From NCBI GenBank assembly GCA_964016885.1, contig OZ024742.1, positions 292,702,001 to 292,766,000 of the forward strand: a stretch of 64,000 nt of DNA, written 5' to 3'. The translations under genes were made by a program, and so were the position numbers. This DNA comes from Eledone cirrhosa. Taxonomy: Eukaryota. Shown here piece by piece: positions 42,550 to 57,500 of this stretch (position 1 is its first letter; each line of letters opens with the position of its first letter). A model generated the notes under the pieces. The model saw only the letters and a list, made by a program, of their open reading frames with translations. It made no database searches and was not told the origin of the DNA.

Positions 42550-45500
42550 TATATCTGGTCATAAACACAACTATACTTAGTCAAGGTGATAGCTTAATAG
42601 ATATATCTGGTCATAAACACAACTATACTGAGTCAAGGTGATAGCTTAATAGATATATCTAGTCATAAACACAACTATATTACTGAGTCAAGGTGATAGC
42701 TTAATAGATATATCTAGTCATAAACACAACTATATTACTGAGTCAAGGTGATAGCTTAATAGATATATCTAGTCATAAACACAACTATATTACTGAGTCA
42801 AGGTGATAGCTTAATAGATATATCTGGTCATAAACACAACTATACTGAGTCAAGGTGATAGCTTAATAGATATATCTGGTTATAAACACAACTATATTAC
42901 TGAGTCAAGGTGATAGCTTAATAGATATATCTAGTCAGAAACACAACTATATTACTGAGTCAAGGTGATAGCTTAATAGATATATCTGGTCATAAACACA
43001 ACTATACTTAGTCAAGGTGATAGCTTAATAGATATATCTGGTCATAAACACAACTATACTGAGTCAAGGTGATAGCTTAATAGATATATCTAGTCATAAA
43101 CACAACTATATTACTGAGTCAAGGTGATAGCTTAATAGATATATCTAGTCATAAACACAACTATACTGAGTCAAGGTGATAGCTTAATAGATATATCTGG
43201 TCATAAACACAACTATACCGAGTTAAGGTGATAGCTTAATAGATATATCTGGTCATAAACACAACTATACTGAGTCAAGGTGATAGCTTAATAGATATAT
43301 CTAGTCATAAACACAACTATACTGAGTCAAGGTGATAGCTTAATAGATATATCTAGTCATAAACACAACTATATAACTGAGTCAAGGTGATAGCTTAATA
43401 GATATATCTAGTCATAAACACAACTATATTACTGAGCCAAGGTGATAGCTTAATAGATATATCTGGTCATAAACACAACTATACTGTGTCAAGGTGATAG
43501 CTTAATAGATATAGCTAGTCATAAACACAACTATATTACTGAGTCAAGGTGATAGCTTAATAGATATATGTAGTCATAAACACAACTATATTACTGAGTC
43601 AAGGTGATAGCTTAATAGATATATCTAGTCATAAACACAACTATACTGAGTCAAGGTGATAGCTTAATAGATATATCTGGTCATAAACACAACTATATTA
43701 CTGAGTCAAGGTGATAGCTTAATAGATATATCTAGTCATAAACACAACTATATTACTGAGTCAAGGTGATAGCTTAATAGATATATCTAGTCATAAACAC
43801 AACTATATTACTGAGTCAAGGTGATAGCTTAATAGATATACCTGGTCATAAACACAACTATACTGAGTCAAGGTGATAGCTTAATAGATATATCTGGTTA
43901 TAAACACAACTATATTACTGAGTCAAGGTGATAGCTTAATAGATATATCTAGTCAGAAACACAACTATATAACTGAGTCAAGGTGATAGCTTAATAGATA
44001 TATCTAGTCATAAACACAACTATATTACTGAGTCAAGGTGATAGCTTAATAGATATATCTGGTCATAAACACAACTATACTGAGTCAAGGTGATAGCTTA
44101 ATAGATATATCTAGTCATAAACACAACTATATTACTGAGTCAAGGTGATAGCTTAATAGATATATCTAGTCATAAACACAACTATATTACTGAGTCAAGG
44201 TGATAGCTTAATAGATATATCTAGTCATAAACACAACTATATTACTGAGTCAAGGTGATAGCTTAATAGATATATCTGGTCATAAACACAACTATACTGA
44301 GTCAAGGTGATAGCTTAATAGATATATCTGGTTATAAACACAACTATATTACTGAGTCAAGGTGATAGCTTAATAGATATATCTAGTCAGAAACACAACT
44401 ATATTACTGAGTCAAGGTGATAGCTTAATAGATATATCTGGTCATAAACACAACTATACTTAGTCAAGGTGATAGCTTAATAGATATATCTGGTCATAAA
44501 CACAACTATACTGAGTCAAGGTGATAGCTTAATAGATATATCTAGTCATAAACACAACTATATTACTGAGTCAAGGTGATAGCTTAATAGATATATCTAG
44601 TCATAAACACAACTATACTGAGTCAAGGTGATAGCTTAATAGATATATCTGGTCATAAACACAACTATACCGAGTTAAGGTGATAGCTTAATAGATATAT
44701 CTGGTCATAAACACAACTATACTGAGTCAAGGTGATAGCTTAATAGATATATCTAGTCATAAACACAACTATACTGAGTCAAGGTGATAGCTTAATAGAT
44801 ATATCTAGTCATAAACACAACTATATAACTGAGTCAAGGTGATAGCTTAATAGATATATCTAGTCATAAACACAACTATATTACTGAGCCAAGGTGATAG
44901 CTTAATAGATATATCTGGTCATAAACACAACTATACTGTGTCAAGGTGATAGCTTAATAGATATAGCTAGTCATAAACACAACTATATTACTGAGTCAAG
45001 GTGATAGCTTAATAGATATATGTAGTCATAAACACAACTATATTACTGAGTCAAGGTGATAGCTTAATAGATATATCTAGTCATAAACACAACTATACTG
45101 AGTCAAGGTGATAGCTTAATAGATATATCTGGTCATAAACACAACTATATTACTGAGTCAAGGTGATAGCTTAATAGATATATCTAGTCATAAACACAAC
45201 TATATTACTGAGTCAAGGTGATAGCTTAATAGATATATCTAGTCATAAACACAACTATATTACTGAGTCAAGGTGATAGCTTAATAGATATACCTGGTCA
45301 TAAACACAACTATACTGAGTCAAGGTGATAGCTTAATAGATATATCTGGTTATAAACACAACTATATTACTGAGTCAAGGTGATAGCTTAATAGATATAT
45401 CTAGTCAGAAACACAACTATATAACTGAGTCAAGGTGATAGCTTAATAGATATATCTAGTCATAAACACAACTATATTACTGAGTCAAGGTGATAGCTTA

Positions 45501-48500
45501 ATAGATATATCTAGTCATAAACACAACTATACTGAGTCAAGGTGATAGCTTAATAGATATATCTGGTCATAACCACAACTATACCGAGTTAAGGTGATAG
45601 CTTAATAGATATATCTGGTCATAAACACAACTATACTGAGTCAAGGTGATAGCTTAATAGATATATCTAGTCATAAACACAACTATACTGAGTCAAGGTG
45701 ATAGCTTAATAGATATATCTAGTCATAAACACAACTATATAACTGAGTCAAGGTGATAGCTTAATAGATATATCTAGTCATAAACACAACTATATTACTG
45801 AGTCAAGGTGATAGCTTAATAGATATATCTAGTCATAAACACAACTATATTACTGAGTCAAGGTGATAGCTTAATAGATATATCTGGTCATAAACACAAC
45901 TATACTGAGTCAAGGTGATAGCTTAATAGATATATCTGGTTATAAACACAACTATATTACTGAGTCAAGGTGATAGCTTAATAGATATATCTAGTCAGAA
46001 ACACAACTATATTACTGAGTCAAGGTGATAGCTTAATAGATATATCTGGTCATAAACACAACTATACTTAGTCAAGGTGATAGCTTAATAGATATATCTG
46101 GTCATAAACACAACTATATTACTGAGTCAAGGTGATAGCTTAATAGATATATCTAGTCATAAGCACAACTATATTACAGAGTCAAGGTGATAGCTTAATA
46201 GATATATCTAGTCATAAGCACAACTATATTACAGAGTCAAGGTGATAGCTTAATAGATATATCTAGTTATAAACACAACTATATTACTGAGTCAAGGTGA
46301 TACCTTAATAGATATATCTAGTCATAAACACAACTATATTACTGAGTCAAGGTGATAGCTTAATAGATATATCTGGTCATAAACACAACTATACTTAGTC
46401 AAGGTGATAGCTTAATAGATATATCTGGTCATAAACACAACTATACTGAGTCAAGGTGATAGCTTAATAGATATATCTAGTCATAAACACAACTATATTA
46501 CTGAGTCAAGGTGATAGCTTAATAGATATATCTAGTCATAAACACAACTATATTACTGAGTCAAGGTGATAGCTTAATAGATATATCTAGTCATAAACAC
46601 AACTATATTACTGAGTCAAGGTGATAGCTTAATAGATATATCTGGTCATAAACACAACTATACTGAGTCAAGGTGATAGCTTAATAGATATATCTGGTTA
46701 TAAACACAACTATATTACTGAGTCAAGGTGATAGCTTAATAGATATATCTAGTCAGAAACACAACTATATTACTGAGTCAAGGTGATAGCTTAATAGATA
46801 TATCTGGTCATAAACACAACTATACTTAGTCAAGGTGATAGCTTAATAGATATATCTGGTCATAAACACAACTATACTGAGTCAAGGTGATAGCTTAATA
46901 GATATATCTAGTCATAAACACAACTATATTACTGAGTCAAGGTGATAGCTTAATAGATATATCTAGTCATAAACACAACTATACTGAGTCAAGGTGATAG
47001 CTTAATAGATATATCTGGTCATAAACACAACTATACCGAGTTAAGGTGATAGCTTAATAGATATATCTGGTCATAAACACAACTATACTGAGTCAAGGTG
47101 ATAGCTTAATAGATATATCTAGTCATAAACACAACTATACTGAGTCAAGGTGATAGCTTAATAGATATATCTAGTCATAAACACAACTATATAACTGAGT
47201 CAAGGTGATAGCTTAATAGATATATCTAGTCATAAACACAACTATATTACTGAGCCAAGGTGATAGCTTAATAGATATATCTGGTCATAAACACAACTAT
47301 ACTGTGTCAAGGTGATAGCTTAATAGATATAGCTAGTCATAAACACAACTATATTACTGAGTCAAGGTGATAGCTTAATAGATATATGTAGTCATAAACA
47401 CAACTATATTACTGAGTCAAGGTGATAGCTTAATAGATATATCTAGTCATAAACACAACTATACTGAGTCAAGGTGATAGCTTAATAGATATATCTGGTC
47501 ATAAACACAACTATATTACTGAGTCAAGGTGATAGCTTAATAGATATATCTAGTCATAAACACAACTATATTACTGAGTCAAGGTGATAGCTTAATAGAT
47601 ATATCTAGTCATAAACACAACTATATTACTGAGTCAAGGTGATAGCTTAATAGATATATCTAGTCATAAACACAACTATATTACTGAGTCAAGGTGATAG
47701 CTTAATAGATATATCTGGTCATAAACACAACTATACTGAGTCAAGGTGATAGCTTAATAGATATATCTGGTTATAAACACAACTATATTACTGAGTCAAG
47801 GTGATAGCTTAATAGATATATCTAGTCAGAAACACAACTATATAACTGAGTCAAGGTGATAGCTTAATAGATATATCTAGTCATAAACACAACTATATTA
47901 CTGAGTCAAGGTGATAGCTTAATAGATATATCTAGTCATAAACACAACTATACTGAGTCAAGGTGATAGCTTAATAGATATATCTGGTCATAACCACAAC
48001 TATACCGAGTTAAGGTGATAGCTTAATAGATATATCTGGTCATAAACACAACTATACTGAGTCAAGGTGATAGCTTAATAGATATATCTAGTCATAAACA
48101 CAACTATACTGAGTCAAGGTGATAGCTTAATAGATATATCTAGTCATAAACACAACTATATAACTGAGTCAAGGTGATAGCTTAATAGATATATCTAGTC
48201 ATAAACACAACTATATTACTGAGTCAAGGTGATAGCTTAATAGATATATCTGGTCATAAACACAACTATATTACTGAGTCAAGGTGATAGCTTAATAGAT
48301 ATATCTAGTCATAAACACAACTATATTACTGAGTCAAGGTGATAGTTAATAGATATATCTGGTCATAAACACAACTATACTGAGTCAAGGTGATAGCTTA
48401 ATAGATATATCTGGTTATAAACACAACTATATTACTGAGTCAAGGTGATAGCTTAATAGATATATCTAGTCAGAAACACAACTATATTACTGAGTCAAGG

Positions 48501-51500
48501 TGATAGCTTAATAGATATATCTGGTCATAAACACAACTATACCGAGTTAAGGTGATAGCTTAATAGATATATCTGGTCATAAACACAACTATACTGAGTC
48601 AAGGTGATAGCTTAATAGATATATCTAGTCATAAACACAACTATACTGAGTCAAGGTGATAGCTTAATAGATATATCTAGTCATAAACACAACTATATAA
48701 CTGAGTCAAGGTGATAGCTTAATAGATATATCTAGTCATAAACACAACTATATTACTGAGCCAAGGTGATAGCTTAATAGATATATCTGGTCATAAACAC
48801 AACTATACTGTGTCAAGGTGATAGCTTAATAGATATAGCTAGTCATAAACACAACTATATTACTGAGTCAAGGTGATAGCTTAATAGATATATGTAGTCA
48901 TAAACACAACTATATTACTGAGTCAAGGTGATAGCTTAATAGATATATCTAGTCATAAACACAACTATACTGAGTCAAGGTGATAGCTTAATAGATATAT
49001 CTGGTCATAAACACAACTATATTACTGAGTCAAGGTGATAGCTTAATAGATATATCTAGTCATAAACACAACTATATTACTGAGTCAAGGTGATAGCTTA
49101 ATAGATATATCTAGTCATAAACACAACTATATTACTGAGTCAAGGTGATAGCTTAATAGATATATCTAGTCATAAACACAACTATATTACTGAGTCAAGG
49201 TGATAGCTTAATAGATATATCTGGTCATAAACACAACTATACTGAGTCAAGGTGATAGCTTAATAGATATATCTGGTTATAAACACAACTATATTACTGA
49301 GTCAAGGTGATAGCTTAATAGATATATCTAGTCAGAAACACAACTATATAACTGAGTCAAGGTGATAGCTTAATAGATATATCTAGTCATAAACACAACT
49401 ATATTACTGAGTCAAGGTGATAGCTTAATAGATATATCTAGTCATAAACACAACTATACTGAGTCAAGGTGATAGCTTAATAGATATATCTGGTCATAAC
49501 CACAACTATACCGAGTTAAGGTGATAGCTTAATAGATATATCTGGTCATAAACACAACTATACTGAGTCAAGGTGATAGCTTAATAGATATATCTAGTCA
49601 TAAACACAACTATACTGAGTCAAGGTGATAGCTTAATAGATATATCTAGTCATAAACACAACTATATAACTGAGTCAAGGTGATAGCTTAATAGATATAT
49701 CTAGTCATAAACACAACTATATTACTGAGTCAAGGTGATAGCTTAATAGATATATCTGGTCATAAACACAACTATATTACTGAGTCAAGGTGATAGCTTA
49801 ATAGATATATCTAGTCATAAACACAACTATATTACTGAGTCAAGGTGATAGCTTAATAGATATATCTGGTCATAAACACAACTATACTGAGTCAAGGTGA
49901 TAGCTTAATAGATATATCTGGTTATAAACACAACTATATTACTGAGTCAAGGTGATAGCTTAATAGATATATCTAGTCAGAAACACAACTATATTACTGA
50001 GTCAAGGTGATAGCTTAATAGATATATCTGGTCATAAACACAACTATACTTAGTCAAGGTGATAGCTTAATAGATATATCTGGTCATAAACACAACTATA
50101 CTGAGTCAAGGTGATAGCTTAATATATATATCTAGTCATAAACACAACTATATTACTGAGTCAAGGTGATAGCTTAATAGATATATCTAGTCATAAACAC
50201 AACTATACTGAGTCAAGGTGATAGCTTAATAGATATATCTGGTCATAAACACAACTATACCGAGTTAAGGTGATAGCTTAATAGATATATCTGGTCATAA
50301 ACACAACTATACTGAGTCAAGGTGATAGCTTAATAGATATATCTAGTCATAAACACAACTATACTGAGTCAAGGTGATAGCTTAATAGATATATCTAGTC
50401 ATAAACACAACTATATAACTGAGTCAAGGTGATAGCTTAATAGATATATCTAGTCATAAACACAACTATATTACTGAGCCAAGGTGATAGCTTAATAGAT
50501 ATATCTGGTCATAAACACAACTATACTGTGTCAAGGTGATAGCTTAATAGATATAGCTAGTCATAAACACAACTATATTACTGAGTCAAGGTGATAGCTT
50601 AATAGATATATGTAGTCATAAACACAACTATATTACTGAGTCAAGGTGATAGCTTAATAGATATATCTAGTCATAAACACAACTATACTGAGTCAAGGTG
50701 ATAGCTTAATAGATATATCTGGTCATAAACACAACTATATTACTGAGTCAAGGTGATAGCTTAATAGATATATCTAGTCATAAACACAACTATATTACTG
50801 AGTCAAGGTGATAGCTTAATAGATATATCTAGTCATAAACACAACTATATTACTGAGTCAAGGTGATAGCTTAATAGATATATCTAGTCATAAACACAAC
50901 TATATTACTGAGTCAAGGTGATAGCTTAATAGATATATCTGGTCATAAACACAACTATACTGAGTCAAGGTGATAGCTTAATAGATATATCTGGTTATAA
51001 ACACAACTATATTACTGAGTCAAGGTGATAGCTTAATAGATATATCTAGTCAGAAACACAACTATATAACTGAGTCAAGGTGATAGCTTAATAGATATAT
51101 CTAGTCATAAACACAACTATATTACTGAGTCAAGGTGATAGCTTAATAGATATATCTAGTCATAAACACAACTATACTGAGTCAAGGTGATAGCTTAATA
51201 GATATATCTGGTCATAACCACAACTATACCGAGTTAAGGTGATAGCTTAATAGATATATCTGATCATAAACACAACTATACTGAGTCAAGGTGATAGCTT
51301 AATAGATATATCTAGTCATAAACACAACTATACTGAGTCAAGGTGATAGCTTAATAGATATATCTAGTCATAAACACAACTATATAACTGAGTCAAGGTG
51401 ATAGCTTAATAGATATATCTAGTCATAAACACAACTATATTACTGAGTCAAGGTGATAGCTTAATAGATATATCTGGTCATAAACACAACTATACTGTGT

Positions 51501-54500
51501 CAAGGTGATAGCTTAATAGATATAGCTAGTCATAAACACAACTATATTACTGAATCAAGGTGATAGCTTAATAGATATATCTAGTCATAAACACAACTAT
51601 ATAACTGAGTCAAGGTGATAGCTTAATAGATATATCTAGTCATAAACACAACTATATTACTGAGTCAAGGTGATAGCTTAATAGATATATGTAGTCATAA
51701 ACACAACTATACTGAGTCAAGGTGATAGCTTAATAGATATATCTGGTCATAAACACAACTATACTTAGTCAAGGTGATAGCTTAATAGATATATCTGGTC
51801 ATAAACACAACTATACTGAGTCAAGGTGATAGCTTAATAGATATATCTAGTCATAAACACAACTATATTACTGAGTCAAGGTGATAGCTTAATAGATATA
51901 TCTAGTCATAAACACAACTATATTACTGAGTCAAGGTGATAGCTTAATAGATATATCTAGTCATAAACACAACTATATTACTGAGTCAAGGTGATAGCTT
52001 AATAGATATATCTGGTCATAAACACAACTATACTGAGTCAAGGTGATAGCTTAATAGATATATCTGGTTATAAACACAACTATATTACTGAGTCAAGGTG
52101 ATAGCTTAATAGATATATCTAGTCAGAAACACAACTATATTACTGAGTCAAGGTGATAGCTTAATAGATATATCTGGTCATAAACACAACTATACTTAGT
52201 CAAGGTGATAGCTTAATAGATATATCTGGTCATAAACACAACTATACTGAGTCAAGGTGATAGCTTAATAGATATATCTAGTCATAAACACAACTATATT
52301 ACTGAGTCAAGGTGATAGCTTAATAGATATATCTAGTCATAAACACAACTATACTGAGTCAAGGTGATAGCTTAATAGATATATCTGGTCATAAACACAA
52401 CTATACCGAGTTAAGGTGATAGCTTAATAGATATATCTGGTCATAAACACAACTATACTGAGTCAAGGTGATAGCTTAATAGATATATCTAGTCATAAAC
52501 ACAACTATACTGAGTCAAGGTGATAGCTTAATAGATATATCTAGTCATAAACACAACTATATAACTGAGTCAAGGTGATAGCTTAATAGATATATCTAGT
52601 CATAAACACAACTATATTACTGAGCCAAGGTGATAGCTTAATAGATATATCTGGTCATAAACACAACTATACTGTGTCAAGGTGATAGCTTAATAGATAT
52701 AGCTAGTCATAAACACAACTATATTACTGAGTCAAGGTGATAGCTTAATAGATATATGTAGTCATAAACACAACTATATTACTGAGTCAAGGTGATAGCT
52801 TAATAGATATATCTAGTCATAAACACAACTATACTGAGTCAAGGTGATAGCTTAATAGATATATCTGGTCATAAACACAACTATATTACTGAGTCAAGGT
52901 GATAGCTTAATAGATATATCTAGTCATAAACACAACTATATTACTGAGTCAAGGTGATAGCTTAATAGATATATCTAGTCATAAACACAACTATATTACT
53001 GAGTCAAGGTGATAGCTTAATAGATATACCTGGTCATAAACACAACTATACTGAGTCAAGGTGATAGCTTAATAGATATATCTGGTTATAAACACAACTA
53101 TATTACTGAGTCAAGGTGATAGCTTAATAGATATATCTAGTCAGAAACACAACTATATAACTGAGTCAAGGTGATAGCTTAATAGATATATCTAGTCATA
53201 AACACAACTATATTACTGAGTCAAGGTGATAGCTTAATAGATATATCTGGTCATAAACACAACTATACTGAGTCAAGGTGATAGCTTAATAGATATATCT
53301 AGTCATAAACACAACTATATTACTGAGTCAAGGTGATAGCTTAATAGATATATCTAGTCATAAACACAACTATATTACTGAGTCAAGGTGATAGCTTAAT
53401 AGATATATCTAGTCATAAACACAACTATATTACTGAGTCAAGGTGATAGCTTAATAGATATATCTGGTCATAAACACAACTATACTGAGTCAAGGTGATA
53501 GCTTAATAGATATATCTGGTTATAAACACAACTATATTACTGAGTCAAGGTGATAGCTTAATAGATATATCTAGTCAGAAACACAACTATATTACTGAGT
53601 CAAGGTGATAGCTTAATAGATATATCTGGTCATAAACACAACTATACTTAGTCAAGGTGATAGCTTAATAGATATATCTGGTCATAAACACAACTATACT
53701 GAGTCAAGGTGATAGCTTAATAGATATATCTAGTCATAAACACAACTATATTACTGAGTCAAGGTGATAGCTTAATAGATATATCTAGTCATAAACACAA
53801 CTATACTGAGTCAAGGTGATAGCTTAATAGATATATCTGGTCATAAACACAACTATACCGAGTTAAGGTGATAGCTTAATAGATATATCTGGTCATAAAC
53901 ACAACTATACTGAGTCAAGGTGATAGCTTAATAGATATATCTAGTCATAAACACAACTATACTGAGTCAAGGTGATAGCTTAATAGATATATCTAGTCAT
54001 AAACACAACTATATAACTGAGTCAAGGTGATAGCTTAATAGATATATCTAGTCATAAACACAACTATATTACTGAGCCAAGGTGATAGCTTAATAGATAT
54101 ATCTGGTCATAAACACAACTATACTGTGTCAAGGTGATAGCTTAATAGATATAGCTAGTCATAAACACAACTATATTACTGAGTCAAGGTGATAGCTTAA
54201 TAGATATATGTAGTCATAAACACAACTATATTACTGAGTCAAGGTGATAGCTTAATAGATATATCTAGTCATAAACACAACTATACTGAGTCAAGGTGAT
54301 AGCTTAATAGATATATCTGGTCATAAACACAACTATATTACTGAGTCAAGGTGATAGCTTAATAGATATATCTAGTCATAAACACAACTATATTACTGAG
54401 TCAAGGTGATAGCTTAATAGATATATCTAGTCATAAACACAACTATATTACTGAGTCAAGGTGATAGCTTAATAGATATACCTGGTCATAAACACAACTA

Positions 54501-57500
54501 TACTGAGTCAAGGTGATAGCTTAATAGATATATCTGGTTATAAACACAACTATATTACTGAGTCAAGGTGATAGCTTAATAGATATATCTAGTCAGAAAC
54601 ACAACTATATAACTGAGTCAAGGTGATAGCTTAATAGATATATCTAGTCATAAACACAACTATATTACTGAGTCAAGGTGATAGCTTAATAGATATATCT
54701 AGTCATAAACACAACTATACTGAGTCAAGGTGATAGCTTAATAGATATATCTGGTCATAACCACAACTATACCGAGTTAAGGTGATAGCTTAATAGATAT
54801 ATCTGGTCATAAACACAACTATACTGAGTCAAGGTGATAGCTTAATAGATATATCTAGTCATAAACACAACTATACTGAGTCAAGGTGATAGCTTAATAG
54901 ATATATCTAGTCATAAACACAACTATATAACTGAGTCAAGGTGATAGCTTAATAGATATATCTAGTCATAAACACAACTATATTACTGAGTCAAGGTGAT
55001 AGCTTAATAGATATATCTGGTCATAAACACAACTATATTACTGAGTCAAGGTGATAGCTTAATAGATATATCTAGTCATAAACACAACTATATTACTGAG
55101 TCAAGGTGATAGCTTAATAGATATATCTGGTCATAAACACAACTATACTGAGTCAAGGTGATAGCTTAATAGATATATCTGGTTATAAACACAACTATAT
55201 TACTGAGTCAAGGTGATAGCTTAATAGATATATCTAGTCAGAAACACAACTATATTACTGAGTCAAGGTGATAGCTTAATAGATATATCTGGTCATAAAC
55301 ACAACTATACTTAGTCAAGGTGATAGCTTAATAGATATATCTGGTCATAAACACAACTATATTACTGAGTCAAGGTGATAGCTTAATAGATATATCTAGT
55401 CATAAGCACAACTATATTACAGAGTCAAGGTGATAGCTTAATAGATATATCTAGTCATAAGCACAACTATATTACAGAGTCAAGGTGATAGCTTAATAGA
55501 TATATCTAGTTATAAACACAACTATATTACTGAGTCAAGGTGATACCTTAATAGATATATCTAGTCATAAACACAACTATATTACTGAGTCAAGGTGATA
55601 GCTTAATAGATATATCTGGTCATAAACACAACTATACTTAGTCAAGGTGATAGCTTAATAGATATATCTGGTCATAAACACAACTATACTGAGTCAAGGT
55701 GATAGCTTAATAGATATATCTAGTCATAAACACAACTATATTACTGAGTCAAGGTGATAGCTTAATAGATATATCTAGTCATAAACACAACTATATTACT
55801 GAGTCAAGGTGATAGCTTAATAGATATATCTAGTCATAAACACAACTATATTACTGAGTCAAGGTGATAGCTTAATAGATATATCTGGTCATAAACACAA
55901 CTATACTGAGTCAAGGTGATAGCTTAATAGATATATCTGGTTATAAACACAACTATATTACTGAGTCAAGGTGATAGCTTAATAGATATATCTAGTCAGA
56001 AACACAACTATATTACTGAGTCAAGGTGATAGCTTAATAGATATATCTGGTCATAAACACAACTATACTTAGTCAAGGTGATAGCTTAATAGATATATCT
56101 GGTCATAAACACAACTATACTGAGTCAAGGTGATAGCTTAATAGATATATCTAGTCATAAACACAACTATATTACTGAGTCAAGGTGATAGCTTAATAGA
56201 TATATCTAGTCATAAACACAACTATACTGAGTCAAGGTGATAGCTTAATAGATATATCTGGTCATAAACACAACTATACCGAGTTAAGGTGATAGCTTAA
56301 TAGATATATCTGGTCATAAACACAACTATACTGAGTCAAGGTGATAGCTTAATAGATATATCTAGTCATAAACACAACTATACTGAGTCAAGGTGATAGC
56401 TTAATAGATATATCTAGTCATAAACACAACTATATAACTGAGTCAAGGTGATAGCTTAATAGATATATCTAGTCATAAACACAACTATATTACTGAGCCA
56501 AGGTGATAGCTTAATAGATATATCTGGTCATAAACACAACTATACTGTGTCAAGGTGATAGCTTAATAGATATAGCTAGTCATAAACACAACTATATTAC
56601 TGAGTCAAGGTGATAGCTTAATAGATATATGTAGTCATAAACACAACTATATTACTGAGTCAAGGTGATAGCTTAATAGATATATCTAGTCATAAACACA
56701 ACTATACTGAGTCAAGGTGATAGCTTAATAGATATATCTGGTCATAAACACAACTATATTACTGAGTCAAGGTGATAGCTTAATAGATATATCTAGTCAT
56801 AAACACAACTATATTACTGAGTCAAGGTGATAGCTTAATAGATATATCTAGTCATAAACACAACTATATTACTGAGTCAAGGTGATAGCTTAATAGATAT
56901 ATCTAGTCATAAACACAACTATATTACTGAGTCAAGGTGATAGCTTAATAGATATATCTGGTCATAAACACAACTATACTGAGTCAAGGTGATAGCTTAA
57001 TAGATATATCTGGTTATAAACACAACTATATTACTGAGTCAAGGTGATAGCTTAATAGATATATCTAGTCAGAAACACAACTATATAACTGAGTCAAGGT
57101 GATAGCTTAATAGATATATCTAGTCATAAACACAACTATATTACTGAGTCAAGGTGATAGCTTAATAGATATATCTAGTCATAAACACAACTATACTGAG
57201 TCAAGGTGATAGCTTAATAGATATATCTGGTCATAACCACAACTATACCGAGTTAAGGTGATAGCTTAATAGATATATCTGGTCATAAACACAACTATAC
57301 TGAGTCAAGGTGATAGCTTAATAGATATATCTAGTCATAAACACAACTATACTGAGTCAAGGTGATAGCTTAATAGATATATCTAGTCATAAACACAACT
57401 ATATAACTGAGTCAAGGTGATAGCTTAATAGATATATCTAGTCATAAACACAACTATATTACTGAGTCAAGGTGATAGCTTAATAGATATATCTGGTCAT

